NCBI GenBank assembly: GCA_046348645.1
Contig: JAXMDU010000006.1
Location: 26,340-90,339 of the forward strand
DNA: 64,000 bases
Direction of reading: 5' to 3'
DNA from: Alphaproteobacteria bacterium
Lineage (GTDB): Bacteria > Pseudomonadota > Alphaproteobacteria > JAXMDU01
Below the pieces are notes generated by a model. The model did not search any database. It saw only the letters and a list, made by a program, of their open reading frames with translations, and had not been told where the DNA came from. The number at the start of each line of letters is the position of its first letter. Position 1 is the stretch's first letter. This document shows, piece by piece, positions 20,636 to 29,884 of the stretch. The translations under genes were made by a program, and so were the position numbers.

Positions 20636-21790
20636 TCAACGTCCTGCCGTCAGGCGCAGGATGCGGTCGTCGCCGACCGCAGGGCTGCCGCGGCCATCGC
20701 GGTTGCTGGTCAGCACGTAAAGGGCGCCGTCGGGGCCCGATACCGCATCGCGCAGGCGGCCGTATCGGCTGTTTCCGGCGCCATCCGCGAACCAGCGCTC
20801 GATGGCACGCGCCGGCCCGCTGTCCGGCCCGTCCCCGACGACAATGCGAAGCAGCGCATGGCTGCGCAGCGTGGCGACGAACAGATCCCCGCGCCAGAAC
20901 GCGGCCCCGCCCGGCGGGGTGGCCTGCTGGGGCCAGGCGGCGATCGGGTCGACGAAGGCCGGGTCGCCCACCGCGCCCACCGCCAGCGGCCAGCCATAGT
21001 TTCGTCCCCGCCGGATGATATTGATCTCGTCATAGGCGCGCAGGCCGAATTCGCCGGATGGGCCATGTTCCGATGCAAACAGGACCCGTGTGACGGGATG
21101 CCACGCCAGCCCCTGCACATTCCGATGGCCAAGGCTGTAGACCGCCGAGCCCGGGAACGGGTTGTCGGCCGGGATTGCGCCATCGGCGGTCACCCGCAGA
21201 ATCTTGCCACCGAGATCGTTGCGGTCCTGGGCGCGGGCGGATTCGAAAATTTCGCCGGTCCCGACATACAGCATGCCGTCGGGGCCGAAGGCGATGCGGC
21301 CGCCATTGTGGTTACGCCCGCCGACGATCCCATCCACGATCACGCGGTCGAACCGGGCGATGCTGCCATCAAGGACCAGCCGCACCACCCGATTGGCGCG
21401 TTTCGACCCATCCTCGTAGGTGTGCATGGCATAGATGTAGGGCGCCTGCGGGAATGCCGGATGGATGGCGAGGCCCATCAGGCCGCCCTCGCCACCGGTT
21501 GCCACCGCCAGGCTTGCAACGGGTTGCGATGCCAGGCGGCCCCCCTCGATCAGGCGGATGCGTCCTGGCCGCTCGCTCACCAGCGCTTGCCCATCGGGAA
21601 GAAAGGCGAGGGACCATGGGATCTCAAGCCCCTCGATCCAGGACTGGACATCGATGCCCGGCGGGGCGGGCACATAGGTGTCATCGACGGCCTGGGGGCA
21701 CGGACCGACCTTCGGCTGGGCGATGGCGGTGGCGCTGGACAGCAATGCGGCCAGGACTGCCGCGCATCCAAGCAGGCCAAGGCGATTCAT
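20636..21790 (-). CDS. PQQ-dependent soluble sugar (glucose/sorbosone) dehydrogenase, secreted
   Basis: 384 aa. N-terminal signal peptide (MNRLGLLGCAAVLAALLSSATAIA). GLEIPWSLAFLPDG, HNGGRIAFGPDG and NYGWP beta-propeller motifs of the YliI/Asd family. Confidence 0.8.
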   Translation of the reverse strand: MNRLGLLGCAAVLAALLSSATAIAQPKVGPCPQAVDDTYVPAPPGIDVQSWIEGLEIPWSLAFLPDGQALVSERPGRIRLIEGGRLASQPVASLAVATGGEGGLMGLAIHPAFPQAPYIYAMHTYEDGSKRANRVVRLVLDGSIARFDRVIVDGIVGGRNHNGGRIAFGPDGMLYVGTGEIFESARAQDRNDLGGKILRVTADGAIPADNPFPGSAVYSLGHRNVQGLAWHPVTRVLFASEHGPSGEFGLRAYDEINIIRRGRNYGWPLAVGAVGDPAFVDPIAAWPQQATPPGGAAFWRGDLFVATLRSHALLRIVVGDGPDSGPARAIERWFADGAGNSRYGRLRDAVSGPDGALYVLTSNRDGRGSPAVGDDRILRLTAGR

Positions 21791-22104
21791 GGCGGTCTCC
21801 TTTTGATCGCGCCGGGTCTTGATCGCGCCGGGCGCAGGATCTTCCGGCCGAACCTATCGTTGGGCGATCTCTTTTTGAAAGCAAGGGGCGGGAATGGAGC
21901 GTCGGGCAGCGATGCAGCGGCGGCGGGCGCGGATGGAAGGGCCGAAGCGTTCGTTCGGGACTGGATGACGTTGCGAAATCCCAGTCGGGTAGTACCGGTC
22001 GGGTAGTAGTTGCGCCCGGGTGCGCCGGGCCCCTATCCTCTGGCCAACGTTGCCGTCCGATCGGGACGTGCAGAACGCGGATGCAGGAAAGGGGAGCCCC
22101 GTGA

Positions 22105-22725
22105 ATGAGCAAGGTTGAATTCTTCTTCGACGTATCGAGCCCGTGGACGTATCTCGCCTTCCGGGGCTTGACGTCGCTCTGTGCCGAACTCGGCGTCGAT
22201 ATCGTGTGGAAGCCCATTCTGGTTGGCGGCGTGTTCAACGCCGTGAACCCCGCGATCTACGAGCATCGTGAAAAGCCGGTGGCGGTCAAGAAGTCCTACG
22301 AACAAAAGGATCGTGCGGACTGGGTCCGCTATTACGGCATGGAAAGCGTGCTGAAGCCTGGCGTGCCGCCGGTCTTTCCGGTCAACAGCGTGAAGGCCAT
22401 GCGCGGCGCTTTTGTCGCCATCGAGGCCGGCCAGATCGTTCCTTATGCCGAGCGCCTGTTCGCGGCCTATTGGGGCGAGCACAAGGATATTTCGCAAGAT
22501 GATGTTCTTGGCGCGGCGGTCAGCGCGGTTGGCATGGATCGAAAGGCCTTCTTCGAAAAGATCGCGACCCAGCCTTACAAGGACAAGCTGCGCAATACGA
22601 CCGACGAGCTGATCAAGCGCGGCGGTTATGGCTCGCCGACCATGTATCTGGATGGGTCCGACATGTTCTTCGGCAACGACCGGCTGTTCCTGCTGCGCGC
22701 GGCCATTCTCCGCAAGCAGCGCTAG
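22105..22725 (+). CDS. 2-hydroxychromene-2-carboxylate isomerase / DsbA-like thioredoxin-fold protein
   Basis: 206 aa. MSKVEFFFDVSSPWTYLAF...YGSPTMYLDGSDMFFGNDRL is typical of the HCCA isomerase family. Confidence 0.75.
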   Translation: MSKVEFFFDVSSPWTYLAFRGLTSLCAELGVDIVWKPILVGGVFNAVNPAIYEHREKPVAVKKSYEQKDRADWVRYYGMESVLKPGVPPVFPVNSVKAMRGAFVAIEAGQIVPYAERLFAAYWGEHKDISQDDVLGAAVSAVGMDRKAFFEKIATQPYKDKLRNTTDELIKRGGYGSPTMYLDGSDMFFGNDRLFLLRAAILRKQR

Positions 22726-22769
22726 AAGACACCCGCGCCAGCGGCGCCGGCTGCCCGGCGCCGCGTCAA

Positions 22770-23882
22770 TCAGCGTGGATAGGAAACGCGCTGCGCCGGC
22801 CGGGGCGCGGCGCGTTTGCTGTTTGCGCCCATGCTGTTTGCACCCAGCGATTGGCAGGCTTCAAGCGTCTGGCGGTCCGGCCACAGGTCCAAAACGATGC
22901 GGTCCCCGATCTGTTCCAGGATCTGCCCGGCCTTTGCGAAGTCGCTTGCCGTGCAGGCGAACAGGGCGAAGGCGTTGAGGTTCCAGCTCTCGGGATAGGC
23001 CTTGACGATATCGTGGAAGCCGCGGCTGACCGTATTCCACTCGACGCCGGTTTCGCGGAACAGGTCCGTGCCGAACTCGATCTGCGCCAGGTGCCAATAG
23101 ATGCGGGCGTAAAGCGATTCCCCATCCCTATCGCGGCTTCGGGTCACCGCTTCGTTGGCAAAGGCCTCGACCATGCGATAGCTGCCGCCCCACTTGGGCA
23201 GCAGGCTCTCGGCTGCCGCGAAGTAAAGGCGATGGTAATGGGGCTCCTGGTCCAGCCCTTCCTGGATCAGAAGGTAGCGTTCCGCAAGGTCGATCTCGAG
23301 CAGGCGGCCAATGTTCTCCATGACCACGTACCATTCCGGATCGCGGGCGGCGATGGGCTTTGCGCGCAACAGGAAATCATACGTTTCAGCGAGATCCTGC
23401 CGATAGGGTTCCCAATTGGGCAGGGCGCTGGACGTGGCCAGGCGGTGGCGCCAGCCTGCCACGGTTTGCCAATAGCTGAAGTGGCCAAGCGCGATATAGG
23501 GCGTCGGCGATGTGGGATGCGATTGCAGCCAGGCTTGCAGGGTTGCGTTCATCGCGATGGCGGCGTCCGGCGTCGGCGTGTTCAGGCCGATCGTCTCGAA
23601 CGCCTTGTGCAGCCATCCCATCTTCCAGGTGCCGCTGGGCGTGCGCGCTTTTGTCCGGCGGAAATCCTCGGCCATGCGTTCGAGCGCGTCGAACTTTCCG
23701 CTGGACAGGTTCGCGCCCGTCTCCTCGACGATGGCCAGCCGGATCGCCGCCTCGCTCTGGCGGTTTGTCTGGGCACGCGTCGCGGCGTGGGTTTCGGCCG
23801 CCGCGGCAACCAGACCCGCGAGCGTAAAGGCCAATCGGAACAGGCTCCTGATTGCAGGGCGGGCAGAGGACAGGCAGTGCAT
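22770..23882 (-). CDS. Secreted hypothetical protein (DUF4034-like, tentative)
   Basis: 370 aa with a signal peptide (LFRLAFTLAGLVAAAAETHAAT) and no recognisable catalytic motifs. A 15-bp tandem duplication (tgctgtttgcRccca) near the 3' end encodes GANSM/GANSK. Confidence 0.5.
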   Translation of the reverse strand: MHCLSSARPAIRSLFRLAFTLAGLVAAAAETHAATRAQTNRQSEAAIRLAIVEETGANLSSGKFDALERMAEDFRRTKARTPSGTWKMGWLHKAFETIGLNTPTPDAAIAMNATLQAWLQSHPTSPTPYIALGHFSYWQTVAGWRHRLATSSALPNWEPYRQDLAETYDFLLRAKPIAARDPEWYVVMENIGRLLEIDLAERYLLIQEGLDQEPHYHRLYFAAAESLLPKWGGSYRMVEAFANEAVTRSRDRDGESLYARIYWHLAQIEFGTDLFRETGVEWNTVSRGFHDIVKAYPESWNLNAFALFACTASDFAKAGQILEQIGDRIVLDLWPDRQTLEACQSLGANSMGANSKRAAPRPAQRVSYPR

Positions 23883-24113
23883 GGTGGGATCCGTTGTCGA
23901 GTGAAAACACCGGATATTCGCCGAAGTCGCCTAACCGATCCTGAACGCCTTAACCATCACGGGGCCGTGAATTGGGGGCCGTGCCATTGAAAGAAATGGC
24001 GCCCCCGCGGGAGGAGGCACGGGAGCGCCGAGCTTGGTTCTGAAGCTTGGAGAAGGCGGGGGAAGGAGGCGCGGCAATGCCACGCCCATGCCTTCCCCTG
24101 CCGGACGGGTTCG

Positions 24114-24335
24114 TTACTTCTTGGCGGGGGCCGTTGCCGGCGCCGCCTTGGCGGCATTCTTCATGCAGGCCTCGTAAGCCTTGCCGTCGTTCTTCAGCTT
24201 GGTGCAATCCTTGGCCGTCGCATGCGCGGGCTTGTCGGCTGCGAGAGCGCCAAGGCTTGTGACGCCGGCAACCGGAAGGGCAAACGCGGCGGCAACGCTG
24301 GCGGCGACAACGGCGCGCTTCAGATTGGACAACAT
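24114..24335 (-). CDS. Small secreted protein (73 aa), hypothetical
   Basis: Signal peptide AVVAASVAAAFALPVAGVTSLGALAA followed by a Lys/Ala-rich tail with two Cys residues. Same strand and immediately upstream of the 22770..23882 gene. Confidence 0.4.
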   Translation of the reverse strand: MLSNLKRAVVAASVAAAFALPVAGVTSLGALAADKPAHATAKDCTKLKNDGKAYEACMKNAAKAAPATAPAKK

Positions 24336-24355
24336 GGCTGCTTACCTCTGTGCAA

Positions 24356-24378
24356 GATCGTCCCCGATCGGGACGATC
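24356..24378. promoter_or_regulatory. 9-bp inverted repeat (candidate operator or 5'-UTR hairpin)
   Basis: GATCGTCCC-cgatc-GGGACGATC, about 20 nt upstream of the start of the minus-strand small secreted protein gene. Confidence 0.3.
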
Positions 24379-24523
24379 TCAATCTTGCTCTTGATTGTGG
24401 CGACGGCGTGGTCGGCTCTGGGTAAAGTGATGGCGGAACCGGCGGGATCGGCGCGCCGCCGGCCGTGTTGAAACACATTGTTTATCAAGCGCTTACGGCA
24501 TAATGCCGGTGACAGGAGGACCT

Positions 24524-25312
24524 ATGGGCGAAGGCAAGGATGTCGTGTTGTTTGATATCAAGGGCGGGATCGCGACCATCACCTTGAACAGGCCAGAGCG
24601 TCGCAACGCCCTGAGCATCGCGACCCACAAGCGGCTGGACGAGATCTGGACCGAAGTCAACAAGAACCCGGAAATCCGGGTCGCGATCATCACCGGCAGC
24701 GATTGCGGCACCTTCTGCGCCGGCATGGATCTGAAAGAGGCGGCCGAGCTGCGCAAGACCAAGGGTATCGACATTCTGGAAGTCATCGGCGACCCGTCCT
24801 TTCCGCGCCTGCGTTCGCTTGCCAAGCCAATGATCGCCGCCATCAACGGCCACGCACCGGCGGGTGGCATGATGCTTGCCGTCAATTCTGACCTGCGGGT
24901 CGGGCTTGCCGGAACGACGCTTGCCATCACCGAGGTCCATCGCGGGCGCGGATCGCCCTGGGCGATGCCGGCCCTTTGGCAAATGCCGGCGCCGCTGCTG
25001 CTGGAATTGACCCTGGTCGGTGATCCGATGCCGATCGAGCGCTTCCACCAGGTCGGTTTCGTCAACTACCTTGAACCGACCGTGGCCAAGGTGATGGAAC
25101 GGGCCCGCGCGCTGGCGGAGCGGATTGCGGCTGCGGCGCCGCTTTCGGTGCAGGCGGCGAAGCTTTCGGCCATGGCGGCGATGGACATCGTGTCGGGCCA
25201 CGCCTTGAAGGAGGCAAGCTACATCCACGAGAAGGCCTATACGAGTGAAGACGCGATCGAGGGCCCGCGCGCGTTTGCCGAAAAGCGCAAGCCGGTCTGG
25301 AAAGGCCGCTGA
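24524..25312 (+). CDS. Enoyl-CoA hydratase/isomerase (crotonase) family protein, copy 1
   Basis: ITLNRPERRNAL...GSDCGTFCAGMDLKE...AINGHAPAGGMMLAV oxyanion-hole segment. Start taken at MGEGKDVVLF (the track start at 24503 is also possible). Confidence 0.8.
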   Translation: MGEGKDVVLFDIKGGIATITLNRPERRNALSIATHKRLDEIWTEVNKNPEIRVAIITGSDCGTFCAGMDLKEAAELRKTKGIDILEVIGDPSFPRLRSLAKPMIAAINGHAPAGGMMLAVNSDLRVGLAGTTLAITEVHRGRGSPWAMPALWQMPAPLLLELTLVGDPMPIERFHQVGFVNYLEPTVAKVMERARALAERIAAAAPLSVQAAKLSAMAAMDIVSGHALKEASYIHEKAYTSEDAIEGPRAFAEKRKPVWKGR

Positions 25313-25326
25313 GGGGGGATCGGCAG

Positions 25327-26112
25327 ATGAGTGATTCACATACGGTCCTCTTTTCCATCGACGGCGGCATCGCCACCATCACCCTCAATCGGCCGGAGCG
25401 GCGCAACGCGATCAATGTGGCCACCGATGCCCGTCTCAAGGAGATCTGGGACGAGATCGACAAGAACGATGCCATCCGCGTCGCCATCCTGACGGGCAGC
25501 GATTGCGGCACCTTCTGTGCCGGCATGGATCTGAAAGAGGCGGCCGAGCTGCGCAAGACCAAGGGCATCGACATCCTCGAGATGCTGGGCGATCCGTCAC
25601 AGCCCCGCATGCGGGCGATCAAGAAGCCGATGATCGCGGCCATCAACGGCCATGCCCCGGCCTGGGGAACCCTGTTCGCGTTGAACTGCGATCTGCGCGT
25701 GGGGCTGGCCGGCATCACGATGGCCATCACCGAGGTCCATCGCGGCCGCGGCTCGCCCTGGGCGATGCCGGCCCTCTGGCAGATGCCGGCGCCGATGCTG
25801 CTGGAACTGACCCTGGTCGGCGATCCTATGCCGATCGAGCGCTTCCATCAGATCGGCTTCATCAATTACCTGGAACCGACCGTGCCGAAGGTAGTGGCGC
25901 GGGCCCGTGCGCTGGCCGAACGCATCGCCTCGGCGGCGCCGCTTTCGGTGCAGGCGGCGAAACAGTCGGCGATGGCGGCCATGGATATCGTGACGGGCCA
26001 CGCCTTGAAGGAGGCGCGCTACATCCACGAAAAGGCCTATACCAGCGAAGATGCGATCGAAGGGCCGCGCGCCTTCGCCGAAAAACGAAAGCCGGTCTGG
26101 AAGGGGCGCTGA
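25327..26112 (+). CDS. Enoyl-CoA hydratase/isomerase family protein, copy 2 (tandem paralogue, ~80% identical)
   Basis: 261 aa. Long stretches are identical to copy 1 at protein and DNA level. The oxyanion-hole segment has diverged (AINGHAPAWGTLFAL versus AGGMMLAV). Confidence 0.8.
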   Translation: MSDSHTVLFSIDGGIATITLNRPERRNAINVATDARLKEIWDEIDKNDAIRVAILTGSDCGTFCAGMDLKEAAELRKTKGIDILEMLGDPSQPRMRAIKKPMIAAINGHAPAWGTLFALNCDLRVGLAGITMAITEVHRGRGSPWAMPALWQMPAPMLLELTLVGDPMPIERFHQIGFINYLEPTVPKVVARARALAERIASAAPLSVQAAKQSAMAAMDIVTGHALKEARYIHEKAYTSEDAIEGPRAFAEKRKPVWKGR

Positions 26113-26139
26113 TGCGAGTAGGCGCCGTGTCGCGAAACG

Positions 26140-26436
26140 CTACGCGGCCGGCGCCGGATTCGAGAACACGGCCCGGGTCGGCGAGATCTCGACGCTGGCG
26201 AAGACGCCGGCCTTGTTATAGGGATCGGCCGCGGCAAACGCACCGGCTGCGGCGCGGTCCTTTGCCTCGGCGATGATCAGACTGCCGCGGATCGTCTGGC
26301 CGTCGTCGCCCAGGATCGGGCCGGCGAACACCACCGCCTTGCCGGCCGTGGTGAGATAGTCAAGATGCTGGGGGCGCGCCTTCAGCCGCGTTTCAAGCGC
26401 GCCCGGCCTGTCGATGCAGCGAATGATGAAGATCAT
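26140..26436 (-). CDS. YciI-like protein
   Basis: 98 aa. MIFIIRCIDRPGALETRLKARPQHLDYL...IIAEAKDRAAAGAFAAADPY is a classic YCII-related domain. Confidence 0.75.
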   Translation of the reverse strand: MIFIIRCIDRPGALETRLKARPQHLDYLTTAGKAVVFAGPILGDDGQTIRGSLIIAEAKDRAAAGAFAAADPYNKAGVFASVEISPTRAVFSNPAPAA

Positions 26437-26558
26437 CGGCGATTGCTCCTGCCTCGTTGTCGATTACCAGGGGTGGCGATTGCCAGGGTTGGCAATTGGC
26501 ACGACCGTGGTTGTGATTTTACCGCGATGGCGATGCTGGAAGTGTGATGGTCGGCCGG

Positions 26559-27419
26559 CTATCGGCCGATAATCCCGCGCAGACCCTGGCCGCCCTGTTC
26601 AAGCAGTTTCTGTCCTTCGCTGGCCGCGCCGCCGGCGGCCCCACCCAGGCTGCGCTGGATCGCCTGCGGGTCGACTTTGAGCGTACCCTCGAGCTGCTTC
26701 AGAAGCGCACCGCCGTCGATCGCGCCGACAGCCTTGCTGGCGCTCTGTTCGATCTGGGCGATCAGGGCCTGGGCAACCTCGGCCGGCGTGGCCCCGCCCT
26801 TGCCTTTGCCCACGTCCTTCATGTGGATATCGGGCAGCCCGGCGCTGACCTTGCGTCCCTCGAGCAGGCTTGCCGACACCGTGACCTCGCCATTCCGGAC
26901 GTAGAGATTTTCGATGATGACTTTTTGCTCGTCCTTTTTGGCCTGCGCGCTGCCAGGCGCTGTTTGCCCGCCCGCCGCCGGGCGCTGCTGTCCGCCCGGG
27001 CCTGCGGTCGTCGCCGCAACATTCTTCTTGATCGCGTTCAGATTATCGCCACCCTGGCCGTATTCGTAGGTGACCTGCGGGCGAGCGATGATCACTTCTT
27101 TCAAGACGATAACCTTTTCGCCGATCGAGGCGGGATCGAGAGTGACCGACACTTCGCCGAGCGAAAGGGCATGATCGGTCTTGAATCCGGGCGGGTTGCC
27201 GACGGTCAGGCCGCGCAAGGCACCCTTGGCCTGGCGCAGCGAGATATCGGCCTCGCGCAGGGTGACCTTGGTCTTGGTCGCGTCGGATCCAAGCTCCTCG
27301 ACGGCCGTCTTGACCAGGTTGTTCAGATTCGACAAGACGAACAGGAAAATGCCGGCAACGACAAGGGCAATCACCGCCACCGCGCCGCCGCCAATCCAGA
27401 TCACTTTTTTCATGATCAA
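26559..27419 (-). CDS. N-terminally membrane-anchored hypothetical protein (AsmA/DUF748-like, tentative) with a Gly/Ala/Gln-rich linker
   Basis: 286 aa. One TM helix (IWIGGGAVAVIALVVAGIFLFVL), then a beta-rich region and a low-complexity segment. Strong coding signal in this frame. Confidence 0.5.
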   Translation of the reverse strand: MIMKKVIWIGGGAVAVIALVVAGIFLFVLSNLNNLVKTAVEELGSDATKTKVTLREADISLRQAKGALRGLTVGNPPGFKTDHALSLGEVSVTLDPASIGEKVIVLKEVIIARPQVTYEYGQGGDNLNAIKKNVAATTAGPGGQQRPAAGGQTAPGSAQAKKDEQKVIIENLYVRNGEVTVSASLLEGRKVSAGLPDIHMKDVGKGKGGATPAEVAQALIAQIEQSASKAVGAIDGGALLKQLEGTLKVDPQAIQRSLGGAAGGAASEGQKLLEQGGQGLRGIIGR

Positions 27420-27571
27420 TCCCCCATCCTTTGGCCTGCATCGGCATCCGGCATGTCATGCCTTGCCACGCCCGGCGTGATCGACCACCATACGAACATT
27501 GAATTCGTTCGGCAATCGGCAGCCCCTTTATAACCCTATCGCGAAGTCCCGATCTTTCAAGGTTTTGTGAG

Positions 27572-29041
27572 ATGTTCCAGGCGAAGGCGGAATTCCAGTC
27601 GGCGACAGACCTTGCGATCGCGATCAGGGCCAAGCGTTTGAGCGCCCGCGAGGCATTGGACCTTTGCCTGGCCAGGATCGAGCGCATCAACCCCGAGATC
27701 AATGCCGTGATCGCGCTTGACCGGGAAGCGGCCTTGGCGCGCGCCGTGGCCGCCGACAACGCGCTGGCCAGGGGCGACGTGTGGGGTCCACTGCACGGCG
27801 TGCCCATGACGGCGAAAGACTCGATCGAAGTTGCAGGCATGCCCGCGACCGCCGGCGCACCGGAGTTCAAGGCGTATCGGCCATCGGCCCATGCGGTCGC
27901 CATCCAAAGGCTGGTCGATGCCGGCGCCATCGTGTTCGGCAAGACCAACCTGCCGATCTATGCAAGCGATCTGCAGACCTTCAACGCGCTGTTTGGCACC
28001 ACCAACAACCCATGGGACCCGACCCGTTCGCCGGGCGGGTCATCGGGCGGGTCGGCGGCGGCGCTGGCGGCGGGTCTGAGCTTCCTCGAGATCGGAACCG
28101 ATCTTGCCGGCTCGATCCGCAACCCGGCCCATTTCTGCGGCGTCTATGGCCACAAGCCAAGCTTCGGTCTGGTTCCCGACGCGGGCCAGGTGCCGCCGCC
28201 GCCACAAGGCATGAGCGGCGCCGACATCACCGTGATCGGCCCGCTTGCCCGTTCGGCCGAGGACCTGGAACTGGCGCTTGGCGTCCTGGCCGGGCCGGAT
28301 GCCGATCAGGCCGAAGCCTGGCGGCTAGAACTGCCCATGCCCAGGCGGGCGGAACTGTCGCAGTATCGTCTGGCGGCATGGCTCGACGATGCCGACTTTC
28401 CCGTCGAGACGGAAATCCGCACCGTGCTGGAAGGCGCCATATCCGCGCTGCGGGCCGAAGGGGCGGCTGTCGATGATCGCGCCCGCCCGGCCCTGCCATT
28501 CGCCGACTACAACACCCAGTTCTACCGGCAGGTCGCGGCGGTGTTTTCGGCGTCGTTCCCGGCCAAGGCGTTTGCCGGCCTCATGCAGCGGGCGGGCCAG
28601 CTTGCCGAAACCGATCGCGGCTATGACGCCGAGTTTGTGCGCGGCGCGACCGAAAGCCACCGCGACTGGATCATGGCCGATGCGAAGCGGCGCGAGTATC
28701 GGCGGATCTGGGCCGAGTTTTTCACCCGCTATGACGCGCTGCTCTGCCCGGTGATGCCGACGGCAGCCGCCCGGCATGATCCGAATCCCACCATGGCGGC
28801 GCGCACGCATGTGGTGAACGGCGTGGCCAAACCCTATTGGAGCCAGGTTGCCTGGTGCGGCCTTGCATCGTTCGTCTATCTGCCGGCGACGGTCGCCCCG
28901 ATCGGCCGCACCAAGGCCGGCCTGCCGGTCGGGATCCAGATCATCGGGCCTTATCTTGGCGACACGACGACGCTCGATCTTGCGCGCCGGCTGGGCGAGA
29001 TCCTGGGCGGGTTCACGCCGCCGCCGCGCTATGCAACCTAG
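27572..29041 (+). CDS. Amidase (amidase-signature family)
   Basis: 489 aa. GGSSGGSAAALAAG...GTDLAGSIRNPA matches the AS signature (GGSSGG...GSIR). Confidence 0.85.
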   Translation: MFQAKAEFQSATDLAIAIRAKRLSAREALDLCLARIERINPEINAVIALDREAALARAVAADNALARGDVWGPLHGVPMTAKDSIEVAGMPATAGAPEFKAYRPSAHAVAIQRLVDAGAIVFGKTNLPIYASDLQTFNALFGTTNNPWDPTRSPGGSSGGSAAALAAGLSFLEIGTDLAGSIRNPAHFCGVYGHKPSFGLVPDAGQVPPPPQGMSGADITVIGPLARSAEDLELALGVLAGPDADQAEAWRLELPMPRRAELSQYRLAAWLDDADFPVETEIRTVLEGAISALRAEGAAVDDRARPALPFADYNTQFYRQVAAVFSASFPAKAFAGLMQRAGQLAETDRGYDAEFVRGATESHRDWIMADAKRREYRRIWAEFFTRYDALLCPVMPTAAARHDPNPTMAARTHVVNGVAKPYWSQVAWCGLASFVYLPATVAPIGRTKAGLPVGIQIIGPYLGDTTTLDLARRLGEILGGFTPPPRYAT

Positions 29042-29044
29042 ATG

Positions 29045-29818
29045 CTAGCGCCGCTCAAGAGCCTCGATCATCCGCTGCAGGCGTTCGGCCGCCTCGCGGT
29101 CGCGCGGTGACGGTTCGGCCGGCGCCAATGCGGCGCGGCGCAGGATGCGAAGCTTGGCAAGCGCAGCATTGGGATGGCCGGGATCGAGCGCGGAATCCAT
29201 GGCCGTCACGCCGCCGACCGCGAACTGCCGGCCCGTCGGGCCGGTGACGAAGAAATATTCTGGCGCCCGCGAATAGGGCTGTCCGGCATGGAAATGGGCC
29301 AGCTCGTGGGTGCGCACGTCGCGGTCGCGCGACTCGAGACGCTGCGTGATGCGCCGCTCGCAATCCGCAAGCGCGCTGCCCGATGCAGCCTGCACCCGGC
29401 ATTGGCTGATGGCGCGGTCGATTTCGGCCTGGATGCGGCGCGCCTGCTCGGCCTGATTGGCGCGTTCGCGCTCGGATCCGGCGTAGGTGGCAAAGGGGTT
29501 GGGACCGGGCAGGCGGTTCGTGCTGGCCGGGCGGCCCGCCGCGTCGATCGGCTGGCCGCTTTCCCGGCCCAAGGTTTTCGCGTCGTTCTCGTCGCCCTTG
29601 GCTTCCGATGGCGGGATCGGCACGCTGCGGCCCTGCGGATCGCGCCGCTGCGGGCCGAGCCGCGCCAGGTAGTCCGGGGCCGGTGCGCGCGCGTCGGCGC
29701 TTCCAGCCGGCGGGCCGCCGGGTTCAAGGCTCAGGTGCTGGAATCGGCATGCGCGAAGCCGCTTGCGCCGACAGCGCGAACAGTCCGGCCAGCACGGCAG
29801 GGCCGGCAAGCGGCGCAT
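29045..29818 (-). CDS. Putative HExxH zinc metalloprotease (SprA-related/CJM1_0395-like); start uncertain
   Basis: C-terminal 150 aa ...RDRDVRTHELAHFHAGQPYSRAPEYFFVTGPTGRQFAVGGV...LRRAALAPAEPSPRD is conserved in this family. The N-terminal 100 aa of the ORF is low-complexity and may not be translated. Confidence 0.45.
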   Translation of the reverse strand: MRRLPALPCWPDCSRCRRKRLRACRFQHLSLEPGGPPAGSADARAPAPDYLARLGPQRRDPQGRSVPIPPSEAKGDENDAKTLGRESGQPIDAAGRPASTNRLPGPNPFATYAGSERERANQAEQARRIQAEIDRAISQCRVQAASGSALADCERRITQRLESRDRDVRTHELAHFHAGQPYSRAPEYFFVTGPTGRQFAVGGVTAMDSALDPGHPNAALAKLRILRRAALAPAEPSPRDREAAERLQRMIEALERR

Positions 29819-29884
29819 CTGACGATAAATTCAACCCGGATCACCAGACCCCTCTGTGTGATCCTTGCCGTTGACCATGGGGCG

